From positions 25,894 through 89,893 of the IMG/VR virus record IMGVR_UViG_2862481585_000002: a DNA stretch of 64,000 bases; one strand, 5' to 3'. The stretch is from a virus. Taxonomy: Duplodnaviria; Caudoviricetes. The notes under the pieces are model-generated. The model was not told where the DNA came from and made no database searches. It saw only the letters and a program-made list of their open reading frames with translations. Positions 55,977-64,000 of the stretch are shown one piece after another (positions within the stretch are counted from its first letter, which is position 1; each line of letters begins with the position of its first letter). Made by a program: the position numbers and the translations under genes.

Positions 55977-56273
55977 ATGGACCCCAAGAAGGAAAACGGC
56001 GCCGACGACGCCGTCTTTTTCGTCAAGAGCTCGACCAGCGCCACCGACCTGGGTGCCGCCGTCGCTCACGCCATATACGCCCGCAAGAACATCACCCTGC
56101 GAGCCATCGGTGCCGGCGCCATCAACCAGGCCGTCAAGAGTGTCCCCATCGCCCAGGGCTACGCCGGATCCAGAGGGCACCGACTCGCCATGCGGCCAGC
56201 CTTTTTCACCGCCACGGTCCCCGAGGGTGAAGTCTCCGGACTTTCCTTCGTCGTCTTCGACGAGGCCGCATAA
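55977..56273 (+). CDS. spoVS: SpoVS-family (Alba-like) protein
   Basis: VKSSTS...LGAAVAHA.....LRAIGAGAINQAVK...IAQG....G..L...PAF; GAGGAG RBS. Confidence 0.88.
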   Translation: MDPKKENGADDAVFFVKSSTSATDLGAAVAHAIYARKNITLRAIGAGAINQAVKSVPIAQGYAGSRGHRLAMRPAFFTATVPEGEVSGLSFVVFDEAA

Positions 56274-56377
56274 CACCCGGCACGGGATCGCCCATAAACT
56301 GATGAGGCAGTTCCACCACTCGTAGCTCACTCGCACTCTGCCCGGACTGCATCACACGGCATCACGCGAGGAGAACA

Positions 56378-56671
56378 GTGTCCGAGAACGTCCTCTCCAG
56401 CGGAGAGTTCCCGACCATGGGAACGTCTGCCGCGACCACCTTCCGCGTCCGCAAGCCTGAGGCCGGCACCCTCATCAGCAAGTCCGGCAACTCCAAGGGC
56501 GGAACGGGCGAGCCGACCACCGCCAACCACCGCAACGGCGTCCTCAACCGCGACCCGCTCGGCGGCCGAGGCGTCAAGGTCTGGCGCGAGTACAGCAACG
56601 CCGCCGAGTCAGCAGCCACAGGCCGCAACGTCAAGCTCCTGCCGTCGAAGTTCACCACGGACGGGCGGTGA
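56378..56671 (+). CDS. Hypothetical basic protein
   Basis: GAGGAG RBS, GTG start. Confidence 0.7.
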   Translation: MSENVLSSGEFPTMGTSAATTFRVRKPEAGTLISKSGNSKGGTGEPTTANHRNGVLNRDPLGGRGVKVWREYSNAAESAATGRNVKLLPSKFTTDGR

Positions 56672-56674
56672 CCG

Positions 56675-56833
56675 ATGCTCCCCATCCTCGTGCCGCTCCT
56701 GGCAGGAGCCGCCAGCGGGGTTGCCCGCGGCCTGACTGACGCCTTCACCGAGGGCGATGGAGAGTCCCGCCCGCAACAGCAGCAGGAGCCCACGCTCGTC
56801 AGGGAGACCAATCCGGTCTACAACCAGAAGTGA
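56675..56833 (+). CDS. Small hypothetical protein (52 aa)
   Basis: MLPILVPLLAGAASG..; fills the gap between neighbours. Confidence 0.45.
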   Translation: MLPILVPLLAGAASGVARGLTDAFTEGDGESRPQQQQEPTLVRETNPVYNQK

Positions 56834-56848
56834 GCAGAGGGACGCCCA

Positions 56849-57322
56849 GTGAGCAACACCCAGTACATAGCGCCCCTGGGCGTTCCCCAACCGGGTACGC
56901 CCACCTACGGTGGAGGCGGACGTACCGACATCGTCGGCGCCCGCAGCATCCTCGACGCCAAGCGCTTGATGGCGTCCGGCCGAGTCCCCTCCGCCGAATA
57001 CCCCGACGGCTACCTCGGCACCATCAACACGCGCCGCAGCGACCGCCTGGGCGACCAAGCACTCAACAGCCGGCCGATGCGCGCCGCGCAGAAGAACTAC
57101 ACCCGCGGAGTCCACCGGGGCGAACGCGCTGACCCCGGCGCCTACCTGTGGCCGTCCGACTTCAACCCCATGACCGCCCTGGAGTACCAGGCACGCGGAA
57201 AGAAGTGGACCCAGCACGGCGAGCAGCCGGCGGACACCCGCCTCGTGGGAACCGGGGCCATGCAAATGAGCGACCCCGATCGACTGGCCGCCCTGCGCAG
57301 CCTCCGCCCTCAGTGGAGATGA
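56849..57322 (+). CDS. Hypothetical protein
   Basis: P.AEYPDGYLGTI.TRR.DRL..Y.RGVHRGER motif-like; GC3-rich. Confidence 0.7.
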   Translation: MSNTQYIAPLGVPQPGTPTYGGGGRTDIVGARSILDAKRLMASGRVPSAEYPDGYLGTINTRRSDRLGDQALNSRPMRAAQKNYTRGVHRGERADPGAYLWPSDFNPMTALEYQARGKKWTQHGEQPADTRLVGTGAMQMSDPDRLAALRSLRPQWR

Positions 57323-57323
57323 C

Positions 57324-57524
57324 ATGCAGAACCAGGACGGCGTCTACGACCACACCAAGCCATGGGCCAGCCTTCCCGAGCGCCAGGTCAGCGACGTCCT
57401 CGCCTACCTGGCCAGCCAGGCACCAGCCTGCTGGACCCCTCCCAAGCCGGCCCCGAAGACCAGCAAGCACGAGCCGACCATCCACGACGTGCTCGGCATG
57501 ACCAAGGGAGACCCGCGTGGCTGA
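57324..57524 (+). CDS. Small hypothetical protein
   Basis: GGAG RBS, tight packing. Confidence 0.55.
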   Translation: MQNQDGVYDHTKPWASLPERQVSDVLAYLASQAPACWTPPKPAPKTSKHEPTIHDVLGMTKGDPRG

Positions 57525-57711
57525 CAAGAAGCCCATGAGCATGTTCGACCGGCGCCGCGCCGGACGCGGCGACAACGTGAAGTTCACCGTGGGGGACGCC
57601 GGCAACCTCACCGGACCCACCGCAGCCGACCGCTTCTCGTCCCTCTTCAACGACCGCAGCTCGAAGCTCGGTGGCAAGGACCTCAAGCTCGGCGGAAAGG
57701 CGGCGATCTGA
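57517..57711 (+). CDS. Small basic hypothetical protein
   Basis: AAGGGAG RBS; coupled to next gene. Confidence 0.6.
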   Translation: MADKKPMSMFDRRRAGRGDNVKFTVGDAGNLTGPTAADRFSSLFNDRSSKLGGKDLKLGGKAAI

Positions 57712-57902
57712 TGGGCCTGCCCACCCAGCGAAGCCTCAACGGCGACCTCGACAACGGCCTCGACGATGGCCGCTCCCGCCAGTCCACGCCCAACTGGGGA
57801 GGGCACGCGCCCGCGGACTGGGAAAGCCTGGACCACAACTGGCGCGCACTGCACGGATGTGAACCCGTCCAGGGCCGCCAGGGTTCGAGCCACCGCAACT
57901 GA
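57711..57902 (+). CDS. Small hypothetical protein
   Basis: TGATG coupling. Confidence 0.5.
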   Translation: MGLPTQRSLNGDLDNGLDDGRSRQSTPNWGGHAPADWESLDHNWRALHGCEPVQGRQGSSHRN

Positions 57903-57985
57903 CCACACACCCACTCGCGTAACACCACACAGACCACAGACACGGCGACACCACTCGGAGCACTCACCCTCGGGAGAGCACTCCG

Positions 57986-58768
57986 ATGGCAAGCACCGCT
58001 GCCGCCATGCTGGCCGAAGCCCGGAAGTGGAAGGGCTACAAGGAAGGCGCCAGCAACCACACCCGCTTCGGCGAGTGGTACGCCACCCTCGTCAAGGACA
58101 AGTCCTTCGCCTACGCCGCCTGGTGCGACGAATACGTCTCCTACTGCGGCTACGCCTCCGGTAACGCGGACGTAGTCGGCCAGTTCGCCTACTGCCCCAG
58201 CCACGTCAACTGGTTCAAGAAGCGAGGCCAGTGGCACAAGGCGACCGAGACCATCGAGCCCGGCGACATCCTGTTCTTCGACTGGAACGACGACGGCATC
58301 GCCGACCACGTCGAGATCGCCACGGCCGCATCCGCCCCCGGCGCGACCATCGCCACCATCGGCGGCAACACCTCCGCCGGCACCGCCGGTTCACAGTCCA
58401 ACGGTGACGGCGTCTACGAGCGAACCCGCTACCGCTCCGACATCCTCGGCTTCGGCCGGCCCGCCTACAAGGCATCCTCGACCGGCGGCTCAAAGCCCAC
58501 CACCCCGGAGACCTACAAGCCGCCGACCTTCCCCAAGGGACTGGCGCCCAACAAGTCGACCCCGTCGGCGAAGACGCTCCAGAAGGCGCTCAAGGCCACC
58601 GGCTGGATGGGCAAGGACGTCGAGCTCTCCGACAACTACGGACCCCGCACCCAGAAGGGCGTCGCCGGCTTCAACGCCAAGCACGGCCTGAACGACAAGG
58701 GCAAGACATACGACCCGGCCATCGGGCCCAGGGGCTGGGCACTACTGTTCACCCTCGCCTACGGCTGA
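57986..58768 (+). CDS. Endolysin (CHAP amidase plus peptidoglycan-binding domain)
   Basis: AWC..YVS, PGDILFFDW..ADHV, TIGGNT; LQKALK..YGPRT..V..F. Confidence 0.88.
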   Translation: MASTAAAMLAEARKWKGYKEGASNHTRFGEWYATLVKDKSFAYAAWCDEYVSYCGYASGNADVVGQFAYCPSHVNWFKKRGQWHKATETIEPGDILFFDWNDDGIADHVEIATAASAPGATIATIGGNTSAGTAGSQSNGDGVYERTRYRSDILGFGRPAYKASSTGGSKPTTPETYKPPTFPKGLAPNKSTPSAKTLQKALKATGWMGKDVELSDNYGPRTQKGVAGFNAKHGLNDKGKTYDPAIGPRGWALLFTLAYG

Positions 58769-58811
58769 CAGCACAAAGGCCCCAAGACAACCCCCTTGGG
58801 GCCTTTGTGCT
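58769..58811 (+). terminator. Intrinsic terminator
   Basis: AGCACAAAGGCCCAAG..CTTGGGCCTTTGTGCT. Confidence 0.8.
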
Positions 58812-58883
58812 ACTATGCGTCAAGCGTCTGAATGGCCTGCGAGGAACGTCGGACGGGAACGCCCCCAAGGTGAGGACTCCCGT

Positions 58884-59456
58884 GTGACTCGCAGGCCACT
58901 GTCGTACCTATCGGCGACTCTGCTGCTGACCTTTCTGCCGCTCACCACCGTCGAGCAACACGAGACTGTGAAAGCCGCACCAGCGCCGACACCGACCGCC
59001 TCACCCTCCCCGTCGTACAGCCCGCTGGCCTCCCCGACACCTACGCCCGAGGCCAGCACCCTGACGCCGACCAAGACGCCGAAGCCCAGCAAGACCCCGC
59101 GCCCCACCGCCACACGGTCCGCAGCGCCACGCGTCTCGCGCTCCGCGACGACCCCCCGCACGCCGATCTACGCCTCACCCAGGGCATACGCGAAGTCCGT
59201 CCTCAGCGCCACGCAATACGCCTGCGCCGACGCCGTCTTCACCCGCGAGAGCAACTGGAACCCGTACGCCACCAACCCCACCTCCGGCGCGTACGGCATC
59301 GCCCAGGCGCTTCCCCCCACGAAGTACGCCTCCGCCGGCTCCGACTGGCGCACCAACCCCATCACCCAGGTCCGGTGGGGCCTCACCTACATGAAGTCCC
59401 GGTACGGCAGCCCCTGCGGCGCCTGGGCGTTCTGGCAATCCCACCACTGGTACTGA
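58884..59456 (+). CDS. Secreted lytic transglycosylase (SLT/aggregation-promoting-factor-like)
   Basis: Signal-like N-terminus, Pro/Thr linker, RESNWNPYATNPTSGAYGIAQALP..NPITQVRWGL.YM..RYGSPC.AW.FW..HHWY. Confidence 0.85.
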   Translation: MTRRPLSYLSATLLLTFLPLTTVEQHETVKAAPAPTPTASPSPSYSPLASPTPTPEASTLTPTKTPKPSKTPRPTATRSAAPRVSRSATTPRTPIYASPRAYAKSVLSATQYACADAVFTRESNWNPYATNPTSGAYGIAQALPPTKYASAGSDWRTNPITQVRWGLTYMKSRYGSPCGAWAFWQSHHWY

Positions 59457-59475
59457 GCAAGGATCACCACCACAC

Positions 59476-59967
59476 ATGGCCGAGTACATACGCCTGCTGC
59501 TCTGCAAGACCTGCGGGTCCATGGAGGAGCTGCCCAACTACGAGGGCGACCCCCGCCAGGACTTCCTCCTCGACACCCTGGTCAAGAGGCACCGCAACCC
59601 TGATGGCACCCCCCACATCGCGCACCCGCTGATGAAGGTGGAGAAGCGCCACTGGGACAGCCCCTCCACTCGCGCGGAGATCATCAAGCGCATCCGCGAG
59701 CAGACCGGACACACCGGCCTCGACCCAGCCTGCTACGAGGCCAAGAACACCCTTCAGGAAGACGCCCTCTCCTGCTGGCAGGCCCACAACCGGTCCATCA
59801 CCTGCTCCGACTGGTGCACCGACAAGAAGCGGCTCACCCCCGACACCGCCGCCGAGCGCAAGGCAGCCGGCCTGCCGAAGTACCGCTCCACCAAGGACAT
59901 CTACCTGTGCCACTTCTGCCCGGTAGCCAACGCCGTGCGCCGGGCCGCGCACGACAAGGCCGGCTGA
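59476..59967 (+). CDS. Cys/His-rich hypothetical protein
   Basis: CKTC..H; CW..HNR...C; YLCHFCPV. Confidence 0.75.
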   Translation: MAEYIRLLLCKTCGSMEELPNYEGDPRQDFLLDTLVKRHRNPDGTPHIAHPLMKVEKRHWDSPSTRAEIIKRIREQTGHTGLDPACYEAKNTLQEDALSCWQAHNRSITCSDWCTDKKRLTPDTAAERKAAGLPKYRSTKDIYLCHFCPVANAVRRAAHDKAG

Positions 59968-60326
59968 TGTACCAGTACCCCGCCAAGATCGTGGAGATCG
60001 TGGACGGCGACACCGTCGACACCGAACTCGACCTCGGCTTCGACGTCGTCACCCGCCAGCGCATCCGCCTGTACGGCATCAACGCGCCCGAGAAGAACAC
60101 CCAGGCCGGCCGTGACGCCCGCCAGTTCGTCGTCGATTGGGTGAGGCAGCACACTCCGGCGATCACCCTGCACACCGTGCAGACCGCCAAGGGCAGCGAC
60201 GCCCGCGAGAAGTACGGCCGCTATCTCGGCACCCTCACCGCCGCCTCAGCCGGCGACTCCCTCAACGACGCGCTCATCGCGGCAGGCCTCGCCAAGCCCT
60301 ACGACGGCCACGGCCCCCGCACCTGA
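59967..60326 (+). CDS. Thermonuclease (SNase) family protein
   Basis: VDGDT.D..LDLGF..RIRL.GINAPE..KYGRYL..SLN..L...GLA..Y. Confidence 0.9.
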   Translation: MYQYPAKIVEIVDGDTVDTELDLGFDVVTRQRIRLYGINAPEKNTQAGRDARQFVVDWVRQHTPAITLHTVQTAKGSDAREKYGRYLGTLTAASAGDSLNDALIAAGLAKPYDGHGPRT

Positions 60327-60359
60327 ACCACCAACCACACCAACACCAGGAGCACCACA

Positions 60360-60737
60360 GTGACCATCGACCTGTCCACCCTCGCCGAGACCGCCGCCGA
60401 CACCGTCGAGGAACTGACCGACGACCAGCGCGAGCAGCTCAAGAAGATGGGGGAGGAGGCCGGCATCACCAAGGAGACCGGCACCGTCGCCGAGACCGCG
60501 TTCCTCGTCGTCATCACCCCCGACGGCCAGGTCCTCGCCGAACCCAACATCAATACCAAGGTCCGCACCAAGCGCCCGGCCAGCCTCGACGACTTCCAGC
60601 GCGCCGGCCACGTCCTGGTCGACGACGCCATCGCGATCAAGACCGCCTCGATCACCGGCCAGCAGATGATGCAGATGACCGCGGCCCTGGTCGAGCAGCA
60701 GCGCACCAACGCCCTCGTCAACAGCCTCAAGCTGTGA
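60360..60737 (+). CDS. Hypothetical protein
   Basis: AGGAG RBS, GTG start. Confidence 0.75.
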   Translation: MTIDLSTLAETAADTVEELTDDQREQLKKMGEEAGITKETGTVAETAFLVVITPDGQVLAEPNINTKVRTKRPASLDDFQRAGHVLVDDAIAIKTASITGQQMMQMTAALVEQQRTNALVNSLKL

Positions 60738-60801
60738 TCTTGCGGTAAGCTGTAACGCGAGCGAGCTTTCTTCCTCGGAGGGATGCTCTCTCCTCTCAAG
60801 G

Positions 60802-60848
60802 GAAGGCCCCCCGGAGACCACCAATCTCCATAAAAAAGGGGGGCCTTC
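60802..60848 (+). terminator. Branched GC hairpin / terminator
   Basis: GAAGGCCCCC..GGGGGCCTTC with inner GGAGA/TCTCC stem, followed by GCCTTTTT. Confidence 0.55.
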
Positions 60849-60913
60849 GCCTTTTTCTGGGCCCAGAAATGCAGCCCCTTTGAATTCTCTATATCGCCGG
60901 TAGAGTGCGGGAT

Positions 60914-61888
60914 ATGGAGACGAACTCTTTCTACCGTCGTCTCGGGAACAACGCTCAGCCCATCAGGGAAGGCGCGATCGGCGCCTCCGGCTATTTCTCC
61001 AGCCCGGCTGACCACCTTGACCCGAACCTTTTCAACGGCGACCTCATCATCCCCCAAGTTCGCAGTTGGCTCCTTGGCACGCTCTACACGTTCTGGGACA
61101 CCCGCTACAACGCACCAGGTCAGTGGAGCGAAGTCTGGCTCGCCGGCTCCGGCGTCAGCTACCAGTGGGCCGCCGACCGCGGAAATGGAGACCTCGACGT
61201 TCTGATCGGCGTCGACTTCTCTTCCTTCGGCTGGTACAACCCCGACTACTCCGGAATGACCAGCCAGGAAATCGCCGACCTCTTCGACGAGGAGCTCAAG
61301 GCGGAACTCTGGCCCGAAACCGCCACCACCCGAATTGGGGACCGGGTGTATGAGGTCACCTACTACGTCAACCCCAACAGCCGCGATATCCGCAACATCA
61401 ACCCCTACGCGGCTTACTCCCTCACCAAGGACGAATGGACCGTCCACCCGCCCGAGCTGCCGGCAAACCCCCGCGACACCTATTCGCAGGAGTTCAAGGA
61501 CGCCGCCGCCCGCGACACCGCCGAGGCTGAGCGCCTCGTCACCGCCTACAACGCCCTGGCCCAGGAGATGCATGCCTCCCCGCAGGGCGAAGGCCACTGG
61601 GTCACCCTCGGCGCCCAGCTCAAGACGATCGTCGCCCAGGCGGCCCAGCTCTTCGACGACATCCACCTCGGCCGGCGCACAGCCTTCGCACCCGGCGGCA
61701 GCGGCTACGCCGACTTCGCCAACTACCGCTGGCAGGCCGGCAAAGAGTCCGGGGCCGTCGAGATGCTCCGCTCCATCAAGGACATCCAGGTCGCCACCCG
61801 CAACCAGGCAGAGACCGACGCCTGGGGCCAGCCGATCAGCGACGCCCAGTTCGCCCTGCGCAACGCCGCACTGTGGCGGTCCAGGTGA
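60914..61888 (+). CDS. Pol-beta superfamily nucleotidyltransferase
   Basis: LAGS.VSYQW....GDLDVLIGVD (hGS..DhD) and YEVTYYV; ATG 7 nt after TAGAGT -10, likely leaderless. Confidence 0.78.
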   Translation: METNSFYRRLGNNAQPIREGAIGASGYFSSPADHLDPNLFNGDLIIPQVRSWLLGTLYTFWDTRYNAPGQWSEVWLAGSGVSYQWAADRGNGDLDVLIGVDFSSFGWYNPDYSGMTSQEIADLFDEELKAELWPETATTRIGDRVYEVTYYVNPNSRDIRNINPYAAYSLTKDEWTVHPPELPANPRDTYSQEFKDAAARDTAEAERLVTAYNALAQEMHASPQGEGHWVTLGAQLKTIVAQAAQLFDDIHLGRRTAFAPGGSGYADFANYRWQAGKESGAVEMLRSIKDIQVATRNQAETDAWGQPISDAQFALRNAALWRSR

Positions 61889-62370
61889 ACGTCGTCATAG
61901 CCATCGACGGCGTCCTCAAGCGCCCCGACAGCGACGCCGTCGTCCCCGCCGGGCAGCTCCTCTACCACGGACTCGCCGAAACCCACGTCGTGCACCTGGC
62001 CGACGACCCCGACACCTTCAACTCCTCGAAGGCGCTCGCGCAGAACTGGCTCAAGCGCAACGGATTCACCAAGCACATCCGCGTGATCAAGCCCAGAGTC
62101 AGCCAGCGCTACGGCCTGCTCGGCGGCCTTCAGGCCCTCCGAGCTGACCTCCACGTCGACCTGGTCGTCGTGGCCGACCCCACCGCCGCCGCCGACCTCC
62201 TCGCAGCCGGCTACACCACCGTCCTGTTCACCCACCCTCGCTACAGCCGCCCGCAGTGGAAGCCCGACTACCGCGGTGAGCCCCGAGCGTGGGACGACCT
62301 CGTCGCCGAGATCGAGCAGCAGGACCAGCACTACGCCCAGGACGCCAGGCGCACCGCCGGCCCCCTGTAG
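61885..62370 (+). CDS. HAD-like fold protein (degenerate motif I)
   Basis: VVIAIDGVL (first Asp of DxDGV replaced); GTGA coupling. Confidence 0.55.
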   Translation: MNVVIAIDGVLKRPDSDAVVPAGQLLYHGLAETHVVHLADDPDTFNSSKALAQNWLKRNGFTKHIRVIKPRVSQRYGLLGGLQALRADLHVDLVVVADPTAAADLLAAGYTTVLFTHPRYSRPQWKPDYRGEPRAWDDLVAEIEQQDQHYAQDARRTAGPL

Positions 62371-62381
62371 GAGACACCCCT

Positions 62382-63854
62382 GTGAAGCTGTACCTGGCCG
62401 GCACCGAGATCCCGGCCTACCGCAGCCTGCTCGCCCAGGAGGGCCACACCACCGTGGCCCTCTCCTACTGGGGCCTGCGCAGGCGCACCAAGTTCACCAA
62501 GCCCTACGACCTGGCCGAGAAGTTCGGGGACGAAATGGAGATCCTCGTCGACTCCGGCTGCCACTCCATCAACACCAAGCCCGCGGGCGACCTGTCCGAC
62601 GCCGAGCTGAAGGACATCGCCGAGCACTACTACGCCTCCTTCATCGCCCCCAACCGGGAGCGGCTCGCCTACTACGTCGAGTTCGACGCCCACCAGCTCG
62701 GCGACGAGTGGATCACCCAGCAGCGCGAGCGACTCCACCGGGACAAGGCGATCGTCGTCTGGCGACCCGAGACTGGCCGTGAAGGGCTGGAGCAACTCTG
62801 CCGGGACTGGCCCAACGTCGGCATCACCCAGGCCGGTGTCGACCGCCTCGACGTCTCCCACCTCCTCGCCCACCTGTCCAAGACCACCGACACCCGCCTC
62901 TTCGGCCTCGGCATGACCAAGACGGCGGCCCTGGAGCACGGCCTCTGGTACGGCGCCGCCTCCACCTCATGGCTCTCCCCGAGCCAGTTCGGCGACACCA
63001 TCGTCTGGGCCGGCAAGGAGCTGCACCGCTACCCCCGCCGGTACAAGGACATGGCCCGCAACAGACACAAGCACGCCATCACCGACGCCGGCTTCGACGC
63101 CGACGCCGTCCTTTCCGACGACCCCACCGAGGTCCTGCGCGTCTCGATCTGGTCCTGGAACCAGTTCACCGAGCACGTCAACGGCAGAGGAGTAACTGCC
63201 CCTGCCAAACCGCGTACAGCCGAAAACGCGGATCAGGCTCCGGAAGCAGTTGATCGACTGCCCGAACAGGTGCGGCACGCTGGAGTAACTCCGGCTGTCG
63301 TGGAACAACGCGAGAAGCGCCCCTTCCCCGGCCTTGCCGTCGTTCAGGACACCGCAGAGGACGGCACTCTCGGCCGACCCGTCCTCAAGACCGTCGACCC
63401 TGGCGTCCGCACCTGCGACCGCTGCTACCTCTCCAGCAGTTGCCCCGCCTCCCAGCCCAAGTCGGCCTGCGCGTTCAGCCTGCCCGTCGAGATCCGCACC
63501 AAGGACCAGCGCGCCGACGTCGCCGCCGCACTGCTGGAAATGCAGGCAGGACGCGTCTTCAACCTGCGATTCGCCGAGGAACTGGAGGGCGGGATCACCA
63601 ATCCAGTGCTCTCGGGAGAACTCGATCGCTTCCAAAAGATGCTCAAGGCCGTCGGGGACATGGAGGAGAACTCCTTTTCGGTGAAGATCACCGCCACCCA
63701 GAAGGGCGCCGCCGAGTCCGGCCTCATCAGCCGGCTGTTCGGCCGCGACGAAGGCGAGCAAGCCCGTTCCCTTCCCGAGCCGGTCACCGTCGAACGCGCC
63801 GCGATCGAGACCGGGTTTGTAGACGCCGAGGTGATCGAGGACAAGGCCGCATGA
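62382..63854 (+). CDS. TGT/DpdA-like TIM-barrel domain fused to Cys4 cluster and helical C-terminal domain
   Basis: KLYLAG, LSYW, ILVDSG, EFD, FGLGMT, W..AASTSW; then CDRCYL...CP.....C; ends VDAEVIEDKAA. Confidence 0.7.
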   Translation: MKLYLAGTEIPAYRSLLAQEGHTTVALSYWGLRRRTKFTKPYDLAEKFGDEMEILVDSGCHSINTKPAGDLSDAELKDIAEHYYASFIAPNRERLAYYVEFDAHQLGDEWITQQRERLHRDKAIVVWRPETGREGLEQLCRDWPNVGITQAGVDRLDVSHLLAHLSKTTDTRLFGLGMTKTAALEHGLWYGAASTSWLSPSQFGDTIVWAGKELHRYPRRYKDMARNRHKHAITDAGFDADAVLSDDPTEVLRVSIWSWNQFTEHVNGRGVTAPAKPRTAENADQAPEAVDRLPEQVRHAGVTPAVVEQREKRPFPGLAVVQDTAEDGTLGRPVLKTVDPGVRTCDRCYLSSSCPASQPKSACAFSLPVEIRTKDQRADVAAALLEMQAGRVFNLRFAEELEGGITNPVLSGELDRFQKMLKAVGDMEENSFSVKITATQKGAAESGLISRLFGRDEGEQARSLPEPVTVERAAIETGFVDAEVIEDKAA

Positions 63855-64000
63855 CCAACACGAGTAACTGGACCGACATGGACGACACCAGCAACAACGG
63901 TCATGTGACCGAGCGCCCCTGCCCGCACTGCAAGGGGCGCTGGCCCGAGATGGACGCCTGCATCGTCTGCCAAGGGGACGGCACCGTCGTCATCGAGTGA
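63851..64000 (+). CDS. Small Zn-finger protein (CxxCxG..CxxCxGxG)
   Basis: ATGA coupling; CPHCKG..CIVCQGDG; stop at 63998-64000. Confidence 0.6.
   Translation: MTNTSNWTDMDDTSNNGHVTERPCPHCKGRWPEMDACIVCQGDGTVVIE

Larger units (their letters stand above)
1..64000 (+). mobile_element. Actinobacterial myovirus-like phage/prophage genome segment (no ends or att sites visible)
   Basis: Contiguous capsid-tail-replication-lysis gene order; ATGA/TGATG-coupled genes; high-GC codon usage; WhiB and MAB_1171c-like genes point to an actinomycete host. Confidence 0.93.

Overview
The whole 64-kb window reads as one high-GC, actinobacterial (most likely Streptomyces-type) tailed phage or prophage, nearly all on the + strand. 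No integrase, att site, tRNA, rRNA, CRISPR array or host housekeeping flank is visible. 1-25.4 kb is the virion module: the C-terminal part of an N4-gp56-like major capsid protein, neck genes, a contractile eCIS-like tail (sheath, tube, chaperone, tape measure with NlpC/P60 and lytic transglycosylase domains, hub, spike, gp25, baseplate J, fibres) and a holin. 25.5-56 kb holds early/middle genes: HTH replication initiator, DnaC-like loader, DnaB, primase, SNF2 helicase, SSB, C5-MTase, PolA, class II RNR, RecA, Hjc-like and RuvC-like resolvases, WhiB, Cas4-like nuclease, ThyX, RNA ligase, dNMP kinase, two PAPS-reductase-like proteins, a VUT transporter plus DpdA/TGT-like enzyme, and SpoVS. Two minus-strand inserts interrupt this block (an orphan Phd/YefM; XRE plus MAB_1171c-like). 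56-64 kb holds small ORFs, a CHAP endolysin, a secreted transglycosylase, a thermonuclease and a nucleotidyltransferase/HAD-like/TGT-like trio. The most unusual signals are: a 298-codon LLPTP-repeat ORF nested in the +1 frame of the MTase; a second TGT-like protein lacking the expected catalytic Asp and carrying a Cys cluster and helical tail; four dispersed 12-bp tandem arrays (STTGTNNNNCAA) at early-operon starts; an (AGCC)4 tract that frameshifts a tail gene; a poly-gamma-glutamate hydrolase fused to baseplate gp25; and a candidate TTT_CGC +1 chaperone frameshift. Family assignments come from motif recognition by eye, not database searches.
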